The position numbers and the translations under genes are program-made. A stretch of DNA of 63,900 bases, counting the filler, from Saprolegnia diclina VS20 (lineage: Eukaryota), in NCBI RefSeq assembly GCF_000281045.1. It is 5 parts of 3 records of this genome, joined end to end, with 100 filler letters (N's around TTAATTAATTAA, not from the genome) between each part and the next. Parts side by side here need not be neighbours in the genome. Positions count along the whole stretch, not along the records: positions 1 to 30,023 come from NW_008246156.1; 4 more parts are not named here. One strand, written 5' to 3'. This document shows, in pieces, positions 11,401-22,668 of the stretch; the first letter of the stretch is position 1, and the number at the start of each line of letters is the position of its first letter. The notes under the pieces are model-generated. The model ran no database searches and was not told where the DNA came from. It worked only from the letters and a program-made list of their open reading frames with translations.

Positions 11401-11850
11401 TCTTGTGCTTCTAGAGTCCAATATGCATCGCTTCTCGGTCTGAATCTCGCAATACCGCTTCCGTCAAGCTCTTCGTTGCCACTGCGCTGGAGTGGTATGC
11501 ACAGGGCCTCAACAGGCCGCTGCATCGTGTCTTCATGCGTTGGGAAGCGCTGATCCGTCGTCTCGAAGAGCCATGGAGCTCTCGTAGAGCTCGCCGGACG
11601 GTCAGCGACAAGCGCTCGCCACAGTTCGTCCAAGGCTGCGTGATGATCGTCTTCCTTGCTGGTGTAGTCGACGTCGAACGGCGTCTCTTCCCGGAGCTTC
11701 ATGCTCTCGATCGTCGCCAAGCGCTTCTTCCGCGCAGCTAGCGCTTCCTCTTCGTACCCTTCAAGAAGCATCATGTTAGCTTCTTCCTCGGCTCCATGAG
11801 ACGCAGGGGGAGCTACGCCGGAAGGCTGCGCGGTCCGTCGGGAAGAACAT
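8406..11850 (-). CDS. Multi-exon protein, tentatively SHOC1/Zip2-like (inactive XPF-like + HhH C-terminus)
   Basis: A series of minus-strand ORFs is joinable by short GT-AG introns. The spliced C-terminus reads ...YSHCPEDTLHFVSTAI...LSLDQDESGFERFLVSTKAVNALGAHYIMQHRSMATIL..., resembling the SHOC1 E..E.FL..FP.[IV]N.L.A..IL motif. The full exon structure is not resolved. Confidence 0.42.
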
Positions 11851-11924
11851 GCTGCTCCCGCTGGGATCTTGTCTTGTGATTACAATGGCCTATCAGCGCG
11901 CTTCTCGCCTTAAAATGCCCAAAA

Positions 11925-12205
11925 TGCAGCCAATCCTGCCTCCCATTCGACTTATTTTAACCAATCCAATTGATCTAAACTCAGATCTTTCATTTTGTCC
12001 TATCCTGTCGCAGCGTTCCCAAATTCAACAAGGGGTCCAATCAAATGCCATTACCAGCTCCATTTCAGCCAATGCGTGCACACCCCTCAAGATGGACATC
12101 GCGTCATGCGAAAAAAGGAGTCTGGCCAATCCAAGGGCTGGAACGACAGATTTAATGAAAATAGCCAATCGTATCGCGTGTAGAAGCATCCTTTTTGTCC
12201 AATGC
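11925..12205. promoter_or_regulatory. CCAAT-rich divergent promoter
   Basis: About seven CCAAT copies, all on the + strand, in an AT-richer ~280-bp stretch between the divergently transcribed 8406-11850 gene and the TIM-barrel gene. Confidence 0.55.
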
Positions 12206-12248
12206 AACGCCCACTTGCACATATCGTGATCTTCGCCATCCCAACCGC

Positions 12249-13127
12249 ATGAAGCTGGACGTCTTCCGCCACCTCTGGGGCATCAACCCCTCCAAGGATG
12301 TCAAGACGAACCTTCGCGTTGTTCAAGTGCTCAAGGAGCTCGGCTACTCAGGGGTCGAGGCCAGCCTTAGCGCGATCCAGGCGCACGGCGGCCCCGCTTT
12401 TCTCGACGAGCTGGCAGCGCACGACATGAAGCTCATCGTTGGCATCTACTCGGGCTGGACGGACTACGAGCCGGCTGCATGGGAGGACAAGAGCGTCAAG
12501 GCGCACCTCCAGCAGTTTGAGGACGAGATCAAACAAGCCCATGCGCTCAGCCTCCGCCCAGTCCTCCTTAACGCCCACGCCGGCGCAGACCACTGGAACG
12601 ACGCCACGTGCCACGAGTTCTTTACGGCCGCGCGGAGCATTGCTCATGACATTCCGATCGCGCACGAGACGCACCGCGGTCGTATTCTCTGGAACCCGTG
12701 GCGCACGCTCGATATGCTGCGCGCGTACCCGGAGCTGCGGCTCACCATGGACTTTTCGCACTGGGTCCTCGGGGCCGAGCGCCTCCTCGACTCGCGCTGG
12801 GACGCTGCGTGGCTCGAGACCGTCTTGCCACACGTCGCCCACATCCACGGGCGTATTGGGTCGGACGAAGCGCCGCAGGTGACGGACCCGACCGACCCAC
12901 ATGTCGCGGAGAGCGTCGAGCGCTTTGACCGACTCTTTGCGAATATCTGGACGTGCCAGGCCAAGGCCGGCATCCCCATCTCAACGTTTACACCCGAATA
13001 TGGGCCGTCGCCGTACACTCCCATGGCGCCGTTCACAGGGGCACCGCTGAGCAACGTCTGGGAGGTATGCAACCGCGAGACGAAGCGCCAGCAAGCTCGG
13101 TTCGAGGCGACGATGACAGCCTTGTAG
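12249..13127 (+). CDS. Xylose-isomerase-like TIM-barrel protein (sugar phosphate isomerase/epimerase family)
   Basis: Intronless. Start MKLDVFRHLWG, then GYSGVE, HETHRGR, TMDFSHW, HIHGRIG and FTPEYGPSPY, which are typical metal-binding motifs of this family. Confidence 0.8.
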   Translation: MKLDVFRHLWGINPSKDVKTNLRVVQVLKELGYSGVEASLSAIQAHGGPAFLDELAAHDMKLIVGIYSGWTDYEPAAWEDKSVKAHLQQFEDEIKQAHALSLRPVLLNAHAGADHWNDATCHEFFTAARSIAHDIPIAHETHRGRILWNPWRTLDMLRAYPELRLTMDFSHWVLGAERLLDSRWDAAWLETVLPHVAHIHGRIGSDEAPQVTDPTDPHVAESVERFDRLFANIWTCQAKAGIPISTFTPEYGPSPYTPMAPFTGAPLSNVWEVCNRETKRQQARFEATMTAL

Positions 13128-13218
13128 CCCACCGTATTGTCAAAAGTTCTACGATGAGTACGCTGCTCGTACAGTGGGGTACCAAGTGCCTGAGGATTAA
13201 AATATACAACGTTTGCAC

Positions 13219-14208
13219 CTACGGTGCCGGCTCGGCAGGCGTCGCAGCGACCGTCGGTGTCGGCGGCTCTTGCGTCGCGACCTTTTGCTTCTTCTTGCCT
13301 TCAGCAGACGCAGTGCCTTGGCGCTTCTTGGGCTCGTCTGCCCCTTCCGGCCGAATGTGGATGTAGCGCAGCTCTATGGCCATGGTTGGAGTCCACCGGA
13401 CGACATGGCAGCCTGTACAGTACCTCCGGCGGGTGAAACGCTCACACGCTTGAAGCACGAGTTGGGGCACTCAAAGTAGGACCTACGCTTCGTTAGCCAC
13501 GGCTGCAAGAGAAATGGCTACGTACTTGACAAGCGTCGTCAAGTTTTGCCGTCCGCCGACCTCGTAATCTATGTCCTTGAAGCTACAGGATATGGTATCG
13601 TCCGCAAGAATTCAGTAGCTTAGATAGGTACCAGTTGTAGACGGCGTCGACCGCTTCATCAACGCTCAAACCCGCCGTCTTGGACGGGTTCGCCTTCTCA
13701 AAGGCCTATGCTTGCAACGATAGCATCAATGGCACTTCACCGACGTACCTTCTGAATGAGCTTGAGACCTGACATGATTGTCGTCGAGGGCTTGACCGCG
13801 GGCAAAAAGTAGATGCGAGCGCCACCAATGCGCAATGGCATCTTGGGCGTGAGCACGACGACCTCCTTTTGCTCGATTCGCTTGCCTATGCTGGACGATG
13901 AAGTTTCGCCGAGATGCTCACGCTGTACCGCCAGCGTGCATGCCATTCTTTCCCAAGCACGTAAGCTCAAAGCAACTGCGCTCCGCGTTCCAGTCGATTG
14001 ACGCATGTTGGCGAGACACGGACATGAGGTCACCAAGGCCAATGCGCCCCGCGGCCTGGCCCGCCTGCGCGCCACGGCCAAACTCGACGGGCAGCTGCGT
14101 GATGAAGGCCTCGAACGACTGTTCCTCGTTGATCATACCCTGGAGCTTGGCGTAGGCCAACGGTGGGCGGGCCGCAAGGAAGTCCTTCTCGATCCGCTTC
14201 TCGTCCAT
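13219..14208 (-). CDS. FHA-domain nuclear protein (multi-exon)
   Basis: AYAKLQG...VEFGR...SVSRQHASIDWN...FELTCLGKNGM | GKRIEQ...LRIG matches an FHA domain of the FoxK/FHA2 type. Basic C-terminus (PKKRQ...KKKQK). Confidence 0.75.
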
Positions 14209-14481
14209 CGTTAATTGGAATTTTACACAATATAGTGTCATCGTGTTGAAATAGTGTTGCATACGAAGTAGTCAAATAGTGTCAATCTCAGTGGCTTGCA
14301 AAGCTTGTGGCATCGCCTGCTCACCTCGAGAGGCGCAGTGCAACCACAATGCTGCATCGTATCGTCACGGCGCGCGCTTGATTCTATCGATACCTCAGAT
14401 ACCGATTTGCTTCAGAGCTTAATTTAGCCACCTGCAGCAACCGCACCGTCAACGTCAACCACATTGCGATTTTCGTGCAGC

Positions 14482-15536
14482 ATGCAACCATGGTCTTGCC
14501 TCGCCTTGGCGTGGGGTGCAGCCTCTCAATTCACAGGTCTTGTTATGGCCGAGGAGGTATTTAGCCTCAGTGGAAGCAGCTCGGGCTTTGGCAGTACGGT
14601 CCAACGCTCTGAGTCCATCCCGCTTCACAGAACTCTATAGGTGGTGTTGGCACAGCGACACCCGCAGCAACGACAACGCTCGCGCTGGGTACTATGAGAA
14701 AGCCTGAACGACTGTGGTCTCTGATCTTTTTGCACTGTAGGTACTACGCCACACTGTACGCTGAGGCTCACCTTCGTGCCACCATCGGTAGAAACTACAG
14801 CGTCCCTCCAAGGATCCTCACGTAAGCTGCTGCTCGTGGCTCATGTTATCATGGCTTGCTAGCAGCTGCCGACAATAGCACGACGCCAATGACCAATACG
14901 ACCTCCCGTACGAACGTCAGCACAGGAATGATCTGACGATGATCTCGGTAGCCTGGCCAACACGTGTACACAGCGCAGCGACTCGGAAGCTGACAAGCCC
15001 ATTGTAGCAACCGAGCTTCCAACCATCTCGATACCAACTACTCCTGCGACGTCCGCGCCGGGTTCCATGCATCCCTCGCCGGTCCCAGGCGCTACCCAGT
15101 TGACCGAGTTGCCATCACCGCTTCCAAGCACGACAAGTACAAACTGCAACAAGTCAGCGTCAGTCTTCATATTGCGTGCCTTGTAGACTGGACTCCCGCA
15201 CCCGCACCCATGGCACCGAGTCCCACGTCGCCACGTAAGCTCGGCATGTTCCACCTCCACAACACGGCCGCGTCTACCGTAGCGGCGGCGTTGGCGGTCA
15301 CGACGGTGCCCAAGACGACCCCGAGCCACGACCCACCGCTACCGATTGGCGCCATGATCGGCATCGCCGTCGGTGTCCTCTTCGGCACGGCCGGTGCGAT
15401 CGTTGCCGTGCGCTATGGCATCATGTACCTCGAGTACCGTCGGTACTTGGCGTCGAATGAGATGGACGAGCGACTGGAACCTTTGCTGGAGAGCGAGGAC
15501 CATGCCATTATGGTGTACAAGGTAGACACAACGTAA
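14482..15536 (+). CDS. Putative single-pass membrane protein with Ser/Thr/Pro-rich stalk (exon structure uncertain)
   Basis: ORF 15210-15536 has a TM segment IGAMIGIAVGVLFGTAGAIVAV followed by a short tail. The upstream sequence encodes T/P/S-rich segments. The start codon is uncertain. Confidence 0.4.
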
Positions 15537-15662
15537 ATGGTACAAGTGATATAGCCTATCTGAATATCGCGTTTGGCTGTTGAGTTGTCTTCCATTAATT
15601 TGCCTTTAAGAAGACTACATCGTCGGAGATTTCGCTCGGTAGACGTGGTTGGTAGAGGTCGC

Positions 15663-16529
15663 TTACAAGCGGCCACCCGTGCCGGCCATCGACTGGACGA
15701 GGAGGTCCTCGTCGCGGACGACCTTGGCGCCCTTCTCCTCGGCACCTTCCTCATGGAGTTCCATAAGCTTGGTGACGTCGAACTTGGGCTTCTTCAAGAC
15801 CTTCATCTTGCGGACGAAGCAGTTCTGGAGCGGGAAGATGCCCTGGCACGCCTTCTCGACTTCCTTGCCGATGATCTCGGGGATGAACTTGAGGTAGAGG
15901 TCCTTCAAGTCGCACTTGCTGGCCTGCTCCGTCATGATCGTCGTCATCTTCTTGCGGATGGCGCGGATCTGGGCGGTCTGGGCGTAGCACGTCTTCTTGA
16001 TCTGGTTGGGGCGCTTCTTGGTGAACGCGATGCAGAAGAGGCGGATGGTGTAGCCATCGGTCGTCTTGACATCGACGAACGCCTCGATGAGCGTCTGCCA
16101 CTTCTTGATGAGCGAGCAGATTTTGTCGCGCGTGAAGTCCATGCCGTGGAAGCCCGTGACCACTTGCGTGCCCTGGACGTCCTCGCAGCAGAGACGGATC
16201 TTGCGGAAGCTCTGGTCCTCGTCCTTGTTGAGGTCCGCGAGGCAGACTTCAAAGACGCGGCCCTTGAGGCCCTCCGAGGCGATCTTCGTGCCCGACGTGC
16301 GGTTCACGAGCGTCTTGCCGATCGTGCGCTGCTGGAAGATGCCCGGGACGCGGATGTCGTACCAGTCCTTGCGGGTGAAGGGGTCGACGGCCTTCTTCTT
16401 GCCACCCTTCTTACCCTTGGTCAATCTCTTGTTCTTGCCTACTCATGCGCATGAGCTCGTCATCCTCATGGAGGCGCCGTCGTCCTCGGCCGAGGATCGA
16501 CGCTGCTTGTTGTACTTACCCACAGCCAT
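15663..16529 (-). CDS. RPS3A: 40S ribosomal protein S3a (eS1)
   Basis: Exon 1 (16529-16520) MAVG, 81-nt GT-AG intron (16519-16439), exon 2 [27 protein letters not shown]...VKTTDGY...CYAQ...FPLQN. Confidence 0.98.
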
Positions 16530-19500
16530 GATGCGATATGATTCAAACTTTCAAAGGCGAAATGAACACGCGACCCGATGGTTGGTCCAAAACCCCCTTA
16601 TTCATCACTGGTTCTCACGCTGGGTTCATACCTCCCAGGTGTTCATTGCAGAGAGGGAAAGCGATGAAATTCGCTTTATTATTATGCACCCTCTGACGTG
16701 CCCACTGCATACAAACCCAAGACAATACCGTATTCTAGACACGTGTGAAACAACCTATTTTATTACAACGCGCACCTGCCCACCTTTGGGCACGGCCAAT
16801 CAAAAACACTGGTGGTGTACGGATAAAATGGCGGCCAAGCCGGATAAACGCAATAGGATGATGATGGCCGCGGTGCGGCGCCGGCCACGGTGCCCAGCGA
16901 GAGGAGACCCTGGCGACGACGTCGACATGGCGGCTGTTGCCGCAACCACAAGCCATGGATTCAATGCGCAAGGCCATAAGCGCTGCCAACATCCAGCAAG
17001 CGAGAGGCAACGACGCAGTAGATGCGCCGGAGGTGACGGCGATCAAGATGCGCAACATGCATCGCGCGCATGAACAGCGCTGTCTGGCGACTTGGTAGCT
17101 TGCTCAGTGCGTGGAGCAGTGTCAGCTAGGCTCACGAGATGCGACGACACGATACTGCGTCATCACTGTCGACTTCTATACTGTGGCGATGCTGAAGGAG
17201 ATGCGAGATGCGAGTTGGCTATGGCCCATAGAGACGAGCCGCATTGCTCGAACGAAAGACGTAGATGTGGCGACTAGCGTGCTGTGATGCAGGCAGCTGG
17301 AAGAGGAGCGTAAACGGCGGTCTGGCGAGGAATGACGAGAACGGCCAAGGCGTGGTTGTGCGTCGTACTTGTGCTGACTTGGTTATGTTTGCAGCAACAT
17401 TGGCCACTATAGACTCACATCGCTACAGTGTATGAGTTGTGCTGGTGTAGCAGAGTAGAGACGAGCTCCCATTTCCTTGTGTCCCAGCAAGAAGAGTACA
17501 AGTGCACGAAAAGCCTCGAGTTTCCAGGATTCGAGGACCGACGACATCCAACTGGACGTCTATGTGCACGAGTTTGATTGCGTAAGTCATCGAGATCGCC
17601 GTCGACACGAGCGCAACGGATGAGCGCGAAGTGCAAAGTGGTGGCGACAAGAGCTGTCGCTACTCATCCGAGTCGCGGAGCAACGGGTGTTTTCCTCTCG
17701 CCACATCGAGCTGGTTCCCTCTTGAGTACATGCCCACGTGCCACCGCACCTCGACTCGACGTTTTGTGCTTCTAGCACCACCAACGGGTGCAGGTGCCTG
17801 TCGCGCACGGCAAGAAGACGATATAGAATAGGATATAGAAGGGGATCCTTCGGATGGAATCAGCAGAACCTTTTCATTCCACGATTTAGCGGTTTCTACG
17901 AAGAATGGAACCAACCTTTTGATGTTGTTCTTGAATACGCCGACCTGTCAGAAGTCAGCTCGAGTGACGGGCAACGACGGCAACTGGCAACTGTTGGCAT
18001 GCAACTCGAAACCAAAGTACGACGCCCATTCGTGCTGGTCCATGCGCTTGGTATCTCTCAACTCTCAACATCGCACTTGCGTATTCGCCATTACTTGCCC
18101 TTTGGCCATCGATTGCGAGCGATAGAACAGAGGTGCCTTTGCGTTTGGCGGTTGGTGCACTAGACAAGGAGTGTTTATCCTGCGGTCGATCTCGTGTCGT
18201 TTAGCTCATACAGTATGGTTCCTCTTGCTTCTTGTGCGACCAACGTTTTTACGACAGCTTCGCGCGCCACGAGATGCCAAAGCTGCGGGCTGCTGTTGTG
18301 GCCATCTTCGTGCATTGAGCATCCAGCCGGCCCGCGGTGTTGATTTAGGAATGTGGCAAATATACGTCGTGGCTACGTATGTTGTCGTGGCGAGTCTTAC
18401 ATGTGCGGTGTCCAGGTCGCCCATTTTCCCAGCAAAGAGTCGAGGAGGTGGGAGAAGTGGCGGGAAAACCTCGCAGCAGTCGCTCTCTGCACGATTGGAT
18501 TTGGCGCCGTCATAATTTGAAATCCATTGACCAATGAGATGGCTAATTTTAAATATTTCAGCCAATCACAAAACGACGCGCCAATTGGCTTGTGGGTCGA
18601 ACCTCCGTGTCGTCCATCGGCTCACGATATACACGTACTAAGCTCCCAATGGTAGTGAGCTACGCAGCATTTCAGTGAAGACTGTCAATTCAGCCCCGCC
18701 AGTTTGCCGCGATCGCTACGTGGCGGGTCCCGTGCACTCGGTTGCGGTCACTCTATAGACTGTTTCGGTGTGGCGATTTCGGAGGCAGGACCACGGCGCT
18801 GTACGAGCGTTCGTAGCTCTCGAGAGTTCGAGGTAGCTTAGATCGCAACCGTTGCTAGGCTTTATCTCCGAGCCCAAGACCCCGACAATGGCTACGCTCA
18901 ACGATTCAGCCACCACGTTCAGCCGACGATGAAGATATCTGCCGAAGACGTCGACGGATGCCGTGTTATAACCCAACAACGGCCCTTTAAGAAGCACCGA
19001 GTCTTCATCGCACTCCTTGCTCGGGCAATAATCTAGAGCTCAATCTAGTGCATACACTAAGACTATAGTCTGCATGCTAACAGCAGCACCGGGAGAGACG
19101 AGCAACGGGCTGCACTTGGTCTTGTAGACGACTGCATCTGAAAAACATAACATTTCTTGGCGGCTAATTCGCACGAACTAACGAGTTGGCCTTTCGTAAG
19201 CCGCCGCAGTGTATACTATAGTCATGTCCATCTCAACAGTCGACTGAGCAAAGAAGAGCAAACGAAGGGATTCCCGTTGCTCAATTGCCTGGAGAAACAA
19301 ATGACTCGTTTCGTCGAGTGGAATCGTCGATGCATGCCGGAGCACGAAACATTAGCTGGTCGTCACCGTCAAAATCACCCCAAGGAGCCTCTGCTCTTGG
19401 ACCACAGAAAGCATCCTCAATCATCGAAATTGGCAAGCCTGCAACTTCAAGTTGCGTACTTCTAGTCCACTGGCGCCGGGTTACCAGCTCATCGGCGCCA

Positions 19501-20128
19501 CCGACTTGGCGGCTGTAGCTAGTAGGCAATTGATCCTTGGTTAGGCCAAGTATTTTTGTTCCCTTGGGTTAGGACGACGTGCCAATCAAGCAAAAGTCTA
19601 CCGATCGCGGCGTCTGCACTCGGGGCTCAATCACGGTGCCAGTAGCCGCTGTCAGGGCAGTCCAGAGCGCCACCGTGCAGCGAATGAGGCGTGGGCAGTG
19701 GAGGCAGCCGCGTTCGGTCGGCCCAACGAGCGCGTGCAAGAACACCCAGAAGAACACCCCCCAATGACACCATCTGTCGCTGTAGCCAACAGTGTTTGTA
19801 TACACTGTACCGATCCTGTGGCGTGCACTCAGACGCATCGGGAAGCACTGCAGTATCAATAGCAGACTCGCAAACATACTGAGATGAATGCATCGACACC
19901 CTCGGTCTTTTTTACGCTTGCGTGAGGGCCTGAGACGCTACCATAGGTATAATAGCGATGTCGCCAAGCCATCCAGTGTACGGCGGCCCATACACTGTAC
20001 GCTGGCCAGACCAGGATTCCCTGACCAGCTGGTGCCGATCGTGCGCTGGCAAATGATCGCAAACGGGATCGATCGACGATCGTCAGTGGCTTGCTCACTT
20101 GAGCTTACGCCACGAAGGACGCAGAAGG

Positions 20129-22022
20129 ATGAAGTTTGTCGTCACGTGCGAGTGGTGCAACGAAGAGAACGAGCTCAAGGCCTCGCTCTGTGCGCACTGC
20201 GGTGAAGAGATGCCGTCGGCAGAAGAGCGACTCGACCAGCTCCACATGTCTGCCGCGGACGCCGCCGCCATCACGAAGCTCCACGACGACAACGCAGCGC
20301 TTGCGGCAGAAGTCGCTAAGCTCGAGGGGGAGATCGCTGCGTTGAAACGAGTGTCAGACATTGGCGGTGGCGCGTTGAACGACCCCGGTTTCAAAGCCGC
20401 GCACCAGCAACTCGAAGCCAAGTACGAAAAGCTGTTCAACGAGCTCGAAGAAGAGCGGAAGAAGCTCGAGCAAGACCGGGCGAACGTGCTCACTCTCCAG
20501 TCGACGCCGTACCTTGATGCCAACGCGGTCGACATCGTGGACGAACAGCCGTTGTGGCGTGGCGAGCTCTTCATCTTGCACAAGGTCACCCTCAAGAACC
20601 GTGTCAACGGCAAGGTCGTGACGTTGGTGCGCAAGAGCCTTGACCCGTCCGTCGTCGAGGTCCTTCGCCGCAAAGGCGAGCTCGAAAATACGCTCGAGAA
20701 GGTCAAGCGCTCGTTTGCGATTTTGCGCCGGTGCGTCCATCGTTTGATCTCGTATATGGCCGCTAAGATCGTATCGTAGGCTGGACGGTGGGCGCGACTC
20801 GCTCATCAAGGTCGTCGGCGCTTCGGGGCTCGACTACACGAGCGAGAACCCCGTGATTTACATGCCGTACATGCCTCGTGGCAGCCTCCGCCATCTGTTG
20901 GAGAAGACGCCTGCCGTGGATGCCATGCCGTGGCCGACGCGCCTCGACGTGGCGTTCACGATCGCCCGCGGCCTCTACGAGCTCCACGCGATCGACCGCA
21001 TCCACCGCGACGTCAACACGTTCCACGTGCTCGTGCATGACCTCCACCGCGTCGTGCTCACGGGCTTTAGCCACGTGCGCCAGCCGTCGCTCGGTACCAT
21101 GACGGGCAACGTTGGCGACGTGCGCTGGGCCGCCCCAGAGACGATGCAGAGAGAGCACGCCCGCTACTCGGAGAAGGCCGACATCTTCTCGTTCGGGAAG
21201 GTCCTCGAGGAGCTGGCGACGCACGCGCTTCCGTACTCGTCCTTTCTCCATGGCGACAAGGTCATCTCGGAGCACTCGCTGGAGCAGCGTCTCGCCAACG
21301 TCACGCTCGACGACCCGATCTTGCAGCACAACCTCGACCCCTCGACGCCGGCGTACTACGCGGCGATCGTCCAGCAGTGCCTCGCGCTCGAGCCGTCGTC
21401 ACGCCCGACGATCCTCACCATTCTCGACGCGCTGCGCCGCGAAGTCGAACAGTACCTCTTCCCGATGCAGCCGCCGGTGACCGAGCCGATGCACGTCCAG
21501 GTCGAGGTGCAGCGAGCCAAGGGCCTCCGCGGGACAGGTACGCGCCACATGGAGGTGCAGTGCCACGTGAGCCTCGGTCGCGATCAATCACGCACGGAAT
21601 TCTCCGAGGAGCGCGGGAGCAGCCCGACGTGGCACCACCTCATGGACTTCCGACCGCAAGAGCCAGAAGTCATGACGCTCGAGGCGCGCGTGTACCAACG
21701 ACTGGACAACCAGATCGATCAAATCGGTATCTGCACCGTGCCCCTCCAGACGCATCTGCCACACGGAGACGAGCTGACCGACGACGACTGGGTCGTCGAG
21801 CTCGAAGCGCCGTTGTTCAAGAACGGTGCTCGCCGTGGCGAGCTCTTCCTCAAGGTGACGTTCGCGGGCGAGGGTCGACTCCGGTGGCGCAACCAGTACT
21901 TTGACCGCGTTAAGTACATTGACAACTCGATCAAGAACGAACGCGATCCGGTGCGTGCGGCCCAAGCAATGGTCATCCGCGAAATGTACGCGTCATTGCC
22001 TTCCAACAGTCGAGACGAGTAG
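20129..22022 (+). CDS. Zn-ribbon/coiled-coil/TKL-derived pseudokinase/C2 protein A
   Basis: Exon 1 starts MKFVVTCEWC...CAHCG...EERL. Intron 20731-20779 (phase 2). Kinase-like part: HRDVNTFHVL, LTGFS, WAAPE, DIFSFG. Divergent C-terminal C2 domain (VEVQRAKGL...SPTWHH...QIG). Confidence 0.85.
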
Positions 22023-22242
22023 CTCTAGACACTTCAACTAGTAGTCGTATATAGTAATAGTACCTGTACAGACTTGTTGGCATCGGCGCGTAGTAGCCGC
22101 GTGGCAACTGATAGCAAAGCTCGTGCAAGGTGCGTTCGAATTTTACGCCACGGTGATTGGCGGGATCTCCAAAAGATACCGCTTCTGATTGGTGGTTCGA
22201 TAAAAAGGCCCGACGTCGCGTTGCCGTCGACGCTGCATGAGC

Positions 22243-22285
22243 CTTGGACGACGGTGCTCATGAGTCATGAGCACCGTCGTCCAAG
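22243..22285. repeat. Perfect 43-bp palindrome (21-bp arms, 1-nt spacer) centred on TGAGTCA
   Basis: CTTGGACGACGGTGCTCATGA-G-TCATGAGCACCGTCGTCCAAG. Confidence 0.95.
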
Positions 22286-22668
22286 ACCGTGCCACTCTTG
22301 GAAGATCGACACAGCCGAGACCCGGCCCGATCCACGGATCAAGGACGTCCAGCGATAGTACGTTCGCCTTGGCACCCATTGCGGTAGCCCACAACTTCGT
22401 ACGTTCGATCCCGTCGTCTTGCCAGCTCCTTGAGCTTGATGCGCATCACGGTGGCCTCCAGCACCGCGACCAGTGGTCGTAGCACGACGAGTCGGACTCG
22501 GAGGCGGCGTCATGCAGAGAAGAACGCTACTGCAGAAAAGTAGCCATGAGGGTGGTTCAAGGAAGGAGACTGCAACCCTTGGTCCTGGCGTGCGATGGCA
22601 TCTCGCCCGTGAGCGTCGCTGGAAGCAGTCACTTTCAAAGGCGCACCACCGACCACGAGACGACTACG

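Noticed and set aside
15573..16454. Long antisense ORFs (also 25698-26942, 27903-28829, 58685-59497 and others)
   Set aside because: These are shadow ORFs opposite well-supported genes, expected from the strong GC3 codon bias.
16600..20100. Unusually long gene-free interval with many short ORFs
   Set aside because: I could not recognise any domain, consistent exon chain, terminal repeats or transposase/RT motifs. It may be decayed sequence, but there is nothing supportable to call.
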